Shown: positions 40,938-53,458 of the stretch, in pieces
How the letters are laid out: every line of letters begins with the position of its first letter
Position numbering within the stretch: position 1 is the stretch's first letter
Origin: the human T2T-CHM13v2.0 reference genome, Homo sapiens
NCBI RefSeq assembly: GCF_009914755.1
Contig: NC_060933.1
Reading direction: 5' to 3' (one strand)
DNA length: 64,000 nt
The notes under the pieces: model-generated
The model's input: only the letters and a program-made list of their open reading frames with translations
Databases searched by the model: none
Told to the model about the DNA's origin: nothing
Program-made: the position numbers and the translations under genes

Positions 40938-41108
40938 GGGAGAGGGAGAGAGAAACAGAGGCAGAGAGAAAGGGAGAGACAGAGAAAGAGAGAGAGAGAG
41001 ATGGAGAGAAAAGGAGAGAGAAGGAGAGAAGGAGAGAGAGAGAGACAGAGAGAAAGGGAGGGACAAAGTAGGAGAGAGAGGAGAGAAAGAGAGAGAGAGA
41101 GAGAGAGG
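40938..41108. repeat. GA-rich polypurine tract
   Basis: About 170 bp of almost pure A/G. Confidence 0.95.
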
Positions 41109-41244
41109 ACCAGGTGGACTTGAGTTTTGCCCATTGTGACCTCTCTTTGGAGGCCACACAGCATCACTTCCACTGCATTACACCCCTACCCCACCCCAGG
41201 CAGTCACCAACATCCAAGAAAAGGAAAATAAACTCTCCCTACTC

Positions 41245-41580
41245 CTTTAAAAAAATTGTGTCACGGTTCACATAACAACATTGACCATCTTAACCATTTA
41301 AAAATGTACACTTCAGTGGTACTAAGCACATTCACCTTCAATAAAACTGAAAAGAGGTACAGTTTTATTTAAAATAATAGCCTACAGACTATACTATCAT
41401 TTAAAATATGGTCATTTGTGTGAAATTTATAAGGTTAATAATAAATAATAATATAATATTATGTATTATATAATATATATTATAATAAATAACATTATAA
41501 TAAATGATACCCATGGGGGAAAAAAGTACATTCACACTGTTGCATAACCATCACCACCATCCATCTCCAGAACCATCCTT
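41245..41580 (-). mobile_element. L1MB 3'-terminal fragment interrupted by a 188-bp insert
   Basis: accatcttaaccattta...ttcagtggtactaagcacattcac / actgttgcataaccatcaccaccatccatctccagaac is continuous antisense L1MB text across the insert. Confidence 0.85.
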
Positions 41581-42176
41581 TGAATTAACCATATTTAGAG
41601 GACCTAGATCTGCCACTTTCTGCAGAAGAAAAATTTGCTGCAAGAAAACTGGATCCAGCCCTCAGGAAGGCAGCCCCCTGGTCAGCACACCTAACCCTGG
41701 ATTAAGCTGGCTGTGTGTGGCGCCTATTCTTTTTGGGGTCCAGGTAGAAAGATGGGGGCTCACAGCAAGTTCCCAGCCACCACTCCTCTGGGCTCGGACA
41801 GCTCGAGAAAGGTCAACGTTCGAAAGTCCCTCAGATCCTGAAACATAAACACTGCATAATAAGAACGTTTGGAAAAAAAAGATGGTTTCCATCATTTCCC
41901 AGCTGTCTGGGTTAATGGGCCGCTTCTCTGAGAACTAGAGAGATTAGCCATAATAAGAGACACAGATGGCCATGTGTGAACCCCGGGGAACACAGCCCTG
42001 GCCCTTCGCACAGCTGTTTCCTGATTCACTTTTCTTCTTCAGTAAACACTTTCCTGCACTCTGTTTGGAAGCAGAGCCAGACCATCTGAGGCCCTTTGAT
42101 GTTGAGGAAGAATGAAGCTGGATGTAAATTTCAATGGACGCAGGAATGAGGCCAAGAGACTTAAAGGAACTTCTCC

Positions 42177-42233
42177 AGCCCTCTGGAGCTGGAGCCCTCC
42201 GGAGCTGGAGCCCTCTGGAGCTGGAGCCCTCCG
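42177..42233. repeat. 16-bp tandem repeat, ~3.5 copies
   Basis: AGCCCTC(T/C)GGAGCTGG at 42177, 42193, 42209 and a partial copy at 42225. Confidence 0.97.
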
Positions 42234-43414
42234 AAAGCAGGAATTCCGCCATGCAGAGAAGCTTGGGGTGTTGTGTGGGAAGGCTGCAGATGCTGCATCC
42301 AGCCCACCTCCTCCCTTGCCAAATAATGTTGACCTAAAAGAGTAGGTGGTTTATCTGGGGCCAATATTAATAGAAACATGTCCATTCTTGGTTTCCATAA
42401 TTACAGGTCAGGGTTTCCCAGCAAGCTCTGTTGAAATATTCCCATGCTGGGATTGGGATAGAAACATGAAAAAGGCATCCCAGAGGTGCCTGGGAACCAG
42501 GACTCGTGACAAAAGTGAAGTGGATGTGTCTGTCTAGGCCCTTCCCATTGGAAGCACGTGTTGGAAAATGGCAAGCAGTCACTGCTGAAACAGCAACAGG
42601 CTTCAGGTGAGCACCGCACGTCAGAACCTGGCACTATGATCCAGACTGCAAAAGGGTGCCTCGCTCTGCAAGTCTGACCCATGGTGCTGTCACGTTGCAT
42701 GTTGTGGAAAAGTGCACATAGGTAGAGGCAGAGCAGGCCTGCACCTTGCCAGGAAACAGCCTAGTGTGTTGTCCGTGTGCCTGAGCGCCAGGTCCGCGTG
42801 TGCAAACTGGCAGGGATGGCTCTACCTAGTGGGGTTGCTGAAGGATTGCGCACATGTACGGTAAGCCGTCCCCCGGGCATCCAATCAATGCCTGTTCCCT
42901 TCCAGCTTTTTTATCTCCTCTAACTCTGGGGTGTCAGATATAACCTAGCATAAACATGCAAAAAACAGAACACGGGTTCCTGCTATTTTGTGTTCTTGCT
43001 ATATCATGTTCTCAGAAGCCTCTTCTCATTCCTGAGCCTGCTATACAAGATCAAGGAGCCCATCCTCACATTACTCCTGCTTTCCAAGAGCTAAGAGCTC
43101 AAGGACTCTTTTAGCAAGCTTGGCCCTGGCGTGTAGCTAGAGACCACCCTCCCAGACACCGACTCCAGCAGGCTGTAAATTGCAGCACTCAGGAGCTGTA
43201 GGACTTTGCTGGTGGGAAGAGGACCTAACCGCTCTAATTCCAACACAACTTATAAAACACGAACAGAAGCCTAGTCCAATCATTTGTAATCATTTTTAGG
43301 ACAGATAACATTCCATTTCAGTGAAGTACATGGAATATGACTTTTCTTTTACACTTCTTATTTTAGAAAATTATAATGCGAAGTTTCAAAAGCATTATAA
43401 AGATGTCTGTTTGC

Positions 43415-43715
<301 letters not shown>

Positions 43716-44340
43716 AAAGATGTCTGTTCGCTCTCTACCCAGTCTCGCTCAAAGCTTACATCCTGTAAAACTACAGTCTGATACCGAAACTGGGGTGCTG
43801 ATGTTGGTGCAGCGTGTGTGCATAGCTCTGTGCCATTTGGTCACCTGTGGGAATTTCTGCAGTGACTGCCACAATTTAAGTAGCAGAGATGTTCCTCTAC
43901 CACAAACACCCCCTCCTGCAGTCCCTTTGTTGTCTGCCCACCCCTCCCTAGCCCTCCCCTCCTAACACTGGACACCACTAATCTGTTCTTTATCTCTATA
44001 ACTTAGTCATTTTGAGAATGTCTTACAGATGGAATGTTTTGAGACTGGCATTTTTTCACTCAGCATAATGCCCAGCCGACTCATCAAAGCTGCGCATAGG
44101 TAGTTCATTTCTCTTCCCTGCTGAGGAATATTCTATGGTACAATGTAGCACGGTGGCACAGTTGTTTCCATTTACCCCTTGAGGTTGCTTCCAGTTTTTA
44201 GCTATTACAAATAAAGCTGCTATGAACATTCATCTAGAGGTTTTTGTGTGATTAATTTTTATTTCCCTGAGATCAGTGCCCAGGAACGTAATTGTTGGTT
44301 TCACGGCAAGCAGGGTAAGGGTATGCATGGTAAGTGTATG

Positions 44341-44627
44341 TATTATTATTATTTTTTCTCTTTTTTGAGACAGGGTCTTGGTTCTGTCACCCAGGCTGGA
44401 ATGCAGTAGCATGATCATAGTTCACAGCTGCCTTGACCTCCATGGCTCACTCAATCCTCCTGCCTCAGCCTCCCAAGTAGCTGGGACTACAGGTGTGTGC
44501 CACCACGCCCAGCTATTTTTTTTTTTAATTATTTGTAGAGATGGGGTCTTGCTCTGTTGACCAGGCTGGTCTTGAACTCCTGGCTTCAAACTGCTAGGAC
44601 TATAGGCATGAGCTACCGTGACTGGCC
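44341..44627 (-). mobile_element. AluJ with a short left-arm deletion
   Basis: J-type text; the segment between ctcctggcttcaaa and tgctaggact is missing. Confidence 0.92.
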
Positions 44628-45797
44628 TGTTGCGGTTTTTAAGAAGCTGCCACACTGTTTTTGGGGGTGGCTATACCATTATATGAGCATCCCAGCAACG
44701 GATGAGAAATTCAATTTCTTTGCATCATCACCAGTATTAGGTCCATCACTATTTTCTTGTAGTTGTTCTAATAAGTATGCAATGATATTTCATCATGGCC
44801 TTAATCTGCATTTCCCAGATGGTTAACGAATGATGTTTAACATCTTTTCAGGGGCTTATTTGCCATCTGCATTCTCCTCTCTTAAATATCTGTTCATGTC
44901 TCTTGTCCACGTTCTAACTGGATTGCTGTTTTTGTTTTAACTGCTGAGCTTTGAGAGCTCTTATAGTCTATATTCAAGCCTTTGTCAGATTTGTGGTTTG
45001 GAATTAGGTATCCCAGTCTGTCATCGCGTCTTCCATCCTTTCACCTGGGCTTTCTCAAACCGAACATCTTTAATGTTGTTGTTGAAATCCAACTTCTTGA
45101 TTCTTTTCTTGGATGGACTATGTTTTTGGTGTCATGTCTATTCACCACCCTTGGGCCTCCGAGATTTTCTCCTACATATTCTTCTAAAAGCATTATAGCT
45201 TTATATTTTACATTTAAATCTATAACTTATTATGAATTAATTTTGTCAAAAATGTGAGGTATATGTCGTTTCATTTTTTTTTTTTTTTGCCTGTGGACAT
45301 CCAATTGCTCCAGTACTGTTTGTTAAAACTGAAATGTAAGATTTGAAAAGAGTTTTTAAAATGCCGTTTTGTTTGTGAATATATATGTGACATTACATTT
45401 CTTTGAGGGAGAGACTGATCGGGAGAATTCTCTTCAAGAAGGCTTTCAGACTCCAAAATGGAGACACAAAAGGCTTGTGTTTGTGCCTCCTGGGCCAACC
45501 CTCCTTAAGGGTAGGGCCTGGTTTGGTGGGTGGGTGGGTTACCTGTTGTGAGTAATGTACAGCTGGATGGCTATCGGCTGTGGGTACCACCTCAGCGGGG
45601 TGCTGTCTGTTGGTGATGTCACAATGAAATCTGTCCCTGTGCTTGATGTTACCAGCTCTCCACCTGCTTCTTCAATTAGCACAGGGCCTGCAGCCTGCCT
45701 AAGTGGGTGGGGTCGGCGTGCATAGGGCACATGTCAGGCATGGGACTGTGTGACTGCTGCTTGTAGCACTGGCCTTGTGCCAAGGTAGGAAAAAAAG

Positions 45798-45957
45798 TTT
45801 TTTTTTTTCAGAGATGAAATGTCACTCTGACACCTAGGCTGGAGCGTAGGGGTACAATCATGGCTCACTGCGCCTTGAACTGTTAGGCTCAAGAGATCCT
45901 CTCATCTCGACGTCATAAGTAGCTAAGGCCACAGGCATGAGCCAAATGTCTGGCAGA
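45798..45957 (-). mobile_element. FRAM / AluJ right monomer
   Basis: Single diverged right-arm monomer (ggctcactgcgccttgaactgttaggctcaagagatcct). Confidence 0.8.
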
Positions 45958-46466
45958 TTTTTTTTTTTTTAAATAAACACATTAAATGAATGAATAGTTA
46001 AATGGTAGTTGAATCTATAAAACATTGTCAACATGGCCTTTTTTCTGGCGGATGACTTAATTTGATAAAGCAGCACATTTTACTGCATACTTAATACAGA
46101 GATTTAATTAAATTCAGTGTTCCTCTCTCCCCATCCAAACAAGACTGATTTTGTATTTGTGTCTAGAAGCACTCACACCTGGGTGCTCATTTCACACATG
46201 GGGCTGGTCTAGGTGGAAGCAGTGGGGCAGAGGCTTTCCTTTTCGTGTCCTAGCAGGCTCTCTGGGGGTCTCACTTGTGAAGGTGGGGCTCTGTTTACTT
46301 GTTACTTGGGGGACATCTTGATGTGATCATTCCATTCAGTTGTTATTGGATTTTTGGTTTGTTTGTTTATTTTTGCGTTTCTGCCCTTTGGGGGTGGATC
46401 CTCTGGGGGCTGAGTGGATGAGCTCCAAGGCAGACAACCAGTGACAAAAAGAAAATGAACCCTGTG

Positions 46467-46791
46467 GCGGTGGCTCTTGCCTGTAATCCCAGCACTTTGG
46501 GAGGCCGAGGTGAGCGATCACCTGAGGTCGGGAGTTCAAGACCAGCCTGACCAGCATGGTGAAACCCCATCTCTATTAAAAATACAAAAATTAGCCAGAC
46601 GTGGTGGCGCACCCCTGTAGTCCCAGCTACTCAGGAGGCTGAGGCTGGAGAATCGCTTGAACCCGGGAAGCAGAGGTTGCGGTGAGCTGAGATCAAGCCA
46701 CTGCTCTCCAGCCTGAGCGACAGAGTGAAACTGTGTCTCAAAAGAAAAAAAAAAGAAAAAAAGAAAAAAAAAAGAAAAAAAGAAAAAAAAA
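46467..46791 (+). mobile_element. AluS (Sp/Sq-like), slightly 5' truncated, long patterned A tail
   Basis: gaggtcgggagttcaagaccagcctgacc; ~50-nt A/G tail; degenerate 20-bp TSD at 46449-46468 vs 46792-46811 (14/20). Confidence 0.95.
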
Positions 46792-47877
46792 AAGGAAACA
46801 GTCTCTGTGGCTGCTTTGTTGACGCTGGTGTCTGCCCTCTGGACTTCCCTCTGGTCTCCACTTTAGGCCCCACATGCAGGCTGGGAGGACTTGAAGCACT
46901 GCCCCTGCCCTGGAAGGTGGGCTGGGGTAAAAGACACCTGGATAGAATCCTCCAAAGGACACTGATGCTGGCTGCTTTTCAGCACATCACTTGGTATGAT
47001 TCTGTTATGAGAGCAGTGGCGATAGTGAAAGAAGAGTGTGAAATCTTCCTGTTCTACCTACCTCCGCATGGCTCGTTGTTGCTGTTGAATAATCTGAGTG
47101 CCGTTAGGTGTCTGAAACTGCAAGAAATTCAAGGATACTGCCAATGGGCTCTTTCCTTCTTGTAATCCGTCCACAATCAGAACTTCTAACAGAGTACCAA
47201 TAACCCAGAGGGCTTTTAATGAATCATTCTTAATTTTTAAAAATACTCAAGCAAGTCGTGGAAATGAATATTGCCAGACTTGAGAGAAGGGAGAGATGGT
47301 CCCAGAGTGGTGTGAGCAGGGAAGCCATTATGGATCAGGGGCATTTAAAAGGGGTCATAAAGGGAATGTGTAAATTAAACAACGAGTCCCCCTTTTCCTT
47401 AGTGCCCTTGTAAGTCTCCAGAGGCCTCTTCATAGTACTGGCTCTGCATCAGTATCTTGTGTGAGCCAGCACTCAAGGATTCAACAGCAGGCAGCCTGGT
47501 TGTATAAACTGAGTTTCAGGAAGAAACTGAGTTGATACATCCCAGGTTCTATTCCTTGGGAAAATAAAGAGAAAAAAGTAAATCCCAGATGGTGGTGCTA
47601 GAGAAAATCCCAAGCGAGGCCAATATACAGGGATTGGAGAGGGGGCTGGGCAAAGAGGTGGATACCGTGACATTTCAAACTTGCAGTTCCAAATCCAGAG
47701 CAGATGGGGAGTGTTGAGTTGCATTTCTGAGCTGGGTTATAAATGGCACTAATCAGCACAAGGTAGACTTGGCATTTCCTGAAAGCTCCACAGCGGCCTT
47801 TTTTTGGGGGTTGGGGGACATTCAACATTCTACTGCGGAGAGCTGCAGCAGACCATGCCGTCTGGAATAATTACAAT

Positions 47878-50791
47878 GAAAAGACACAGATTGGCAGAAT
47901 GGATAAAAAACCATGGCCCTACTGTGTGCTCTTTATGAGACACTTACTTCACATTCAATTACACAGATAGGGTGAAAGTAAAAAGAGGGAAAAAGGTATA
48001 CTATGAGAACATTAATTTTAAAAAAGACAGAAATGGCTACATTAGTATCCAATAATATAGATTTCAGAAGAAAGAAAATACCTAAAGACACAGAGGGATA
48101 TTACATAAAGATGAAAGGGTCAATCTACCAGAAAGACATAACAATTCTTAATGTGTATACAAACAACAACAGAGACTAAAGTACATGAAGCAAAAAACTG
48201 ACAGAGCTGAAACGAGAAATAGACAAACTCACAATTATGGTTGGGGACTTCAACGCAACCTTCTGATCAACTAACAGAAGTACTAGAAGAAGATCAGCAA
48301 AGATACAGAAGATTTGAAAAGCATAATCAACCAATAAGATCTAATTGGCACATAGATTATACTTCACCCAACAGTAGCTGAATACACATTTTTAAGTGCT
48401 CATGACCATTCACAGACCGTATCCTGACCAAAAACAAGTATCAAAAAAAATTTTTATTTTTTTTATTTTAAATTTTACTTTAAGTTCTAGGATACATGTG
48501 CAGAATGTGCAGGTTTGTTACATAGGTATACATGTGTCATAGTGGTTTGCTGCACCTATCCACCCGTCATCTCGGTTTTAAGCCCCGTGTGCATTAGGTA
48601 TTTGTCCTAATGCTCTCCCTCCTCTTGCCTCCCACCCCCTGACAACCCCTGGTGTGTGACATTCCCTCCCTGTGTCCATGTGTTCTCATTGCTCAACTCC
48701 CACTTATGAGTGAGAACATGCAGTGTTTGGTTTTCTGTTCCTGTGTTAGCTTGCTGAGAATCATGGTTTCCAGCTTCATCCATGTCCCTGCAAAGGACAT
48801 GAACTCACTCTTTTTTTATGGGTGCATAGTATTCCATGATGTGTATGTGCCACATTTTCTTTATCCAGTCTATCATTGATGGGGATTTGAGTTGGTTCCA
48901 AGTCTTTGCTATTGTAAATAGTGCTGCAATAAACATATGTGTGCACGTGTCTTTTTAGTAGAATGATTTATAATCCTTTGGGTATACACCCAGTAATGGG
49001 ATTGCTGGGTCAAATGGTGTTTCTGATTCTAGATCCTTGAGGAATTGCCACACTGTCTTCCACAATGGTTGAACTAATTTACACTCCCATCACCAGTGTA
49101 AAAGCATTGCTATTTTTCCACAGTCTTGCCGGCATCTGTTATTTTCTGACTTTTTAATGAGCATCAAAATTTTTTAAAGAATTAAAGAGTATGATTATCT
49201 GAGCATAGTGGAATCAAGCTAGAAATTAATGACAATAAATGAAGGAAAATCTGTAAACATGTGGAAATTAAACAATATGCTTCTAAATAACCCATAAATT
49301 AAAGAGAAAGTCTCAAAGAAAATTAAAAAAATGGTAGAATGGAATGACATATTCATGTGAAAATACAGCAAATAAAAATATGTGAGATGTAGCTAAAACA
49401 GTGTGGGAGGAAAATTTATATCACTAAATGCTTACGTTAGAAAAAAGTAAGTCTCATGTTATAAATCTAAGTTCCTACCTCAAGAAACTGAAAAGAAGAG
49501 CAAAATAAACTAAAAGCAAACAGAGGAAGGAAACAATAAAGATCAAAGCAGAAATGAATGAAATTGAAAATAGGAAAACAATAGAAAAAGCTAATAAGAC
49601 CACAAGCTATTTTAAAACAAATAATAAAATTGATAAATCTCCAGCAAGAGGTTTCACTAATATCAGGAATGAAATGGAGGAATAACCCTGAAGATCCTAC
49701 AACCATGAAAAGGATTATAAAGATAATAAGACAATACTATGAACAACTTGATGTTCATATAAATATGAATATTTAGGAGAAATGGACCAATTCCTTGAAA
49801 ATCTAAACTCAGCTAACATGAAACAGATAATCTGAGGAGTCCTATAATGATTACATGAATTCTTAATTGAAAACCTCCTGAAAAAGGCTGGTCCAGGTGC
49901 TTTCATGGGATACTTCTCCTAAATATTTTAAGGTGAATTAACAACATTTTAATACAATTTCTTCCAGAAGACAGAAGAGTAGGGAACACTTATTTTATTA
50001 GGTCAATATTACTCTATTACCAAAACCAGAGAAAGACATTTCTAAAATAGAAAACTACAAAACAATATCTCTTGTGAATTTACCTCAACAAAACATTAGC
50101 AAATAAAATCCAACAATATATAAAAGAAATTATATACTGTGACCAAATGGGATTTAATCCAGGTACAAAAGGCTGGTTCAATGTTCTAAAGTAAATATAA
50201 TCTACCATATCAACAAGGCAAAAAAGAAAAATCATATGATCATATCAGTTGATACAGAAAAGGTATTTGACAAAATTCAGCATCTATTTTTTGATAAAAC
50301 TCTCTCTCAGCAAGATTAGGATGGAGTGGAACTACCTGAACTGGATAAAGACTATTAACAAAGAACCTATAGGGAACATCATACTTTGTAGTGAAAGACT
50401 AACTTCTTTTTCCCTAAGACTGGGAGCAAGGCAAGACTGTCGATTCTCACTACTTTTATTCAGTATAGTACTGGAAATTTTAGATGGTGAAAGAAGGCAA
50501 TAAATAGATAAATAAACAAACAAACAAATAAATAAATAAATAAATAAATGGCATACCAATTCTAAAGGAAGAAATGAAATCATCCCTACTTGTGAGTGAC
50601 ATGATTATCTATGTAGACAACATAAAGGAATCTACAAAATAAATAAATAAAAAGACAACGTCCTGGAATTATTGTGAGTTCAGTAACTTTGTGTGTTACA
50701 GGATCAACATGCAAAAATCAATTTCATTTTTATATAATAGCAATGAAAATACAGAACCTATAATTTAAAAATAGGACACCATTTAAAATAG
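47878..50791 (+). mobile_element. Old L1M ORF2 remnant (endonuclease to RT), interrupted by L1PA
   Basis: ttggggacttcaac (GDFN motif) at ~48241 and gacatgattatctatgtaga (degenerate FADDM motif) at ~50598; many stops and frameshifts. Confidence 0.9.
48451..49159 (-). mobile_element. L1PA (PA8-like) 5'-truncated 3' end
   Basis: ggttttaagccccgtgtgcattaggtatttgtcctaatgctctccc signature; TSD-like agtatcaaaa..ttttt / agcatcaaaattttt. Confidence 0.92.
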
Positions 50792-53458
50792 GAGAGATAA
50801 AAATGGGGCTGTCACTAGGACCCTACAGAAATTAAAAGGAATATAAGAGAATATTATGAACAGCTTTATGCCAGTAAATTCAATAATTTAGGTGAAATGA
50901 ACAAATTCCTTAAAACATACAAACTAATAAAGCTTATTCAAGAAGTAATAGATGGTTTGAATGACCCTATGACTGTAAAAGGAATGAAATTTGTAGTTAA
51001 AAAGCTTTCTCACAAATAAAACTTTAAGCCAAGATGGCTTTGCTCATAAATTTTACTAAATATTTAAGGAAGATATAATGTCAGTTTCACATAAACTCTT
51101 CCTGAAAACTAAAGAGGTGGGGATTCTTCCTGACTCATTCTATGAGGAGAGCATAGAGCATTACCTTGATACCAAAACTGGATAAAGATACTACAAGATA
51201 ACTACAGACCAATGTTCCTTATGAACATAGAGGTAAAAATTCTCAACAAGAATTTAGCAAATTGAATCTTACCAAAGAGAAAGGATAACACCTTATGGAA
51301 TGCAAGATTGGTTACCATTAGAAAATAATCAGTATAATTAAGTAAATCAACAGACTAAAGAAGAAAAACCATATAATCATCTCTATAAATGCACAAAAGG
51401 CATTTGACAGAACCTCAAATCCATTCTTAATTTTTGCAATGGGGAAACTTCATTAACTGCATAAAGAGAGTTTAAAAAAAGATATGCAGCTTACATTATG
51501 TTTAGTGTAAAAACAAGATCCTTTCTTCCTAAGATCAGTATCAAAGCAAGGATGTGTTCTCTCAGCATTTTAATTCACCATTGTACTGGGAGATGCTATC
51601 CAGTACCCTAAGGTGAATGGAAGAGAAGGAAGGAAGGAAGGAAGGAAGGCAGGCAAAGAGAGAGAGAGAGAGAGACAGAGAAAGACTAAAATTAGACAGA
51701 TTGAAAAAGTAGAAATAGAACTATCTCTATTAGCAGCTGACATGCTTGTCTATACAGGAAATTCCAAAGAACCATTAAAAAAAATTACCAACTCTAGTGA
51801 GTTTAGGACATTTGCAGTAATAAAAAATGAATCGTATTTCTATATAGTAACAGAGTAAAATTAAAGTTAAAAAGTAAAATATCATGTAATGTTGTATGAA
51901 AAATCATAAAATACTTAGGTAAAAATCTAACAAAATATGTTCCATATCTGTATGCTGAAACTACAAGTCACTGATGAAAGAAATCTTAAAAAGCCTTAAA
52001 TAAACAGAGAAATATACCATGCTTATTGACTGGATTGTTAAGCTGTCAGTTCCCCACAATCTAATTTATAAATTCCTTGCTATTCCATTCAAATCTCATC
52101 AGAAACTTTTTTTGTAGAAATTGACTAGCTAATTCTAAAATTTATAAGTAAAACTAAAAAATTTTTGAAAAAGAATGAGAACTCAGACTACTTGATTTCA
52201 AGATTTCATTAGCAGCTATAGTAATCAAGGCAGAGAGGTATTGGCAAAAAGTCAAGAGTGAGTCTAAAAATAGACCCACATGTATATGATCACTTGATTT
52301 TTTAAATAAAGGCACAAATGCAATTTAATGGAGAAAGTACAGTGTTTTCAACACATGGTGCTGAAAGGATTAGATCTTCACATGCAATAAAAAAATATAG
52401 ATTCATACTTTTCACCATATACAAAAATTAACTCCATGTTAGCCATAGACTGTAGACCTAAATATAAAATTAAAACTATAAAATTTTAGAAGAAAACATA
52501 GAAGAAAAATTTTGTTACCTCAAATGAGGAAAGATTTCTTAGATAAAATAGCAAAAGCATGATTCATAGAAGAAAAAAATTGATCAATTAGATATCATCA
52601 AACCTAAAAACTTCTCTTTAAAAATCACTGTTAAGAAAATGAAAAGACAAGAATGGCAGAAAAGATTACCCAAATGGCAAAAACACATAAAATGATGGAC
52701 AATATTAGTCATTAGTGAAACCACAAGTGAGATAACAATACACACCTATTCGACTAGCTCAAATTAAAAGAAAGAAAGAAACTGACAATCTTAAATACTG
52801 GTAAGAATGTGGAGCCACTAGAACTCTTATGTTTTGTTTGTGGAAATGCAAAGTGGTATGGCTTCCTTGAGAAACAGTTCTGCAGTTTCTCTTAAACTTA
52901 AACATAAAATTACCATAAACCTCTCAATGTCACTACTAGATTTTTACCCATTTGAAATGGTAACTTACATTAACATAAAAACCTGTAGGCAAATGTTTAA
53001 GTTTATAATGGCTTTATTTATAATCTTTCAAATCTGGAAAAATCCAAATGACCATATCCTTCAACTGGCAAGCGGGTAAAAAAACCATGGTATGATAATA
53101 CCCTACTAAGCAATTAAAGGGAATAACTGCTGGTATGTGCAACAGTGTGGATAAATCTCAGATAGATTATGTTAAGTATAAGAAGCCAGAATCAAAGTCT
53201 ACACACTATGTGGTTCCATTTATATCACAATCCAGAAAAGGCAAACCCAGAGAGACAGAAAACAAAGCAGTGGTTAACAGCAGCTGAGGATGGGGATGGG
53301 GGTGGTCACTACAAAGGACCACAGAGAATTTTTTGGCTGATGACACTTCTTGAATTTAGTGACTTTATATTTGTCCAAATTTACAGAAGTGTGTAATTAT
53401 ATGGGTTAATTATAGTGCATGTAAATTATACCTTAATAGAAAATAGAAAAAAGTCAAA
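50792..53458 (+). mobile_element. Second old L1M (RT region to 3' end), apparently nested
   Basis: ORF2 text restarts upstream of RT, passes a second degenerate FADDM motif (~51735) and ends gtaaattataccttaatagaaaa. Confidence 0.85.

Noticed and set aside
42177-42233. Short direct repeats as a CRISPR-like array
   Set aside because: No spacers between units, no cas genes, and the DNA is primate.
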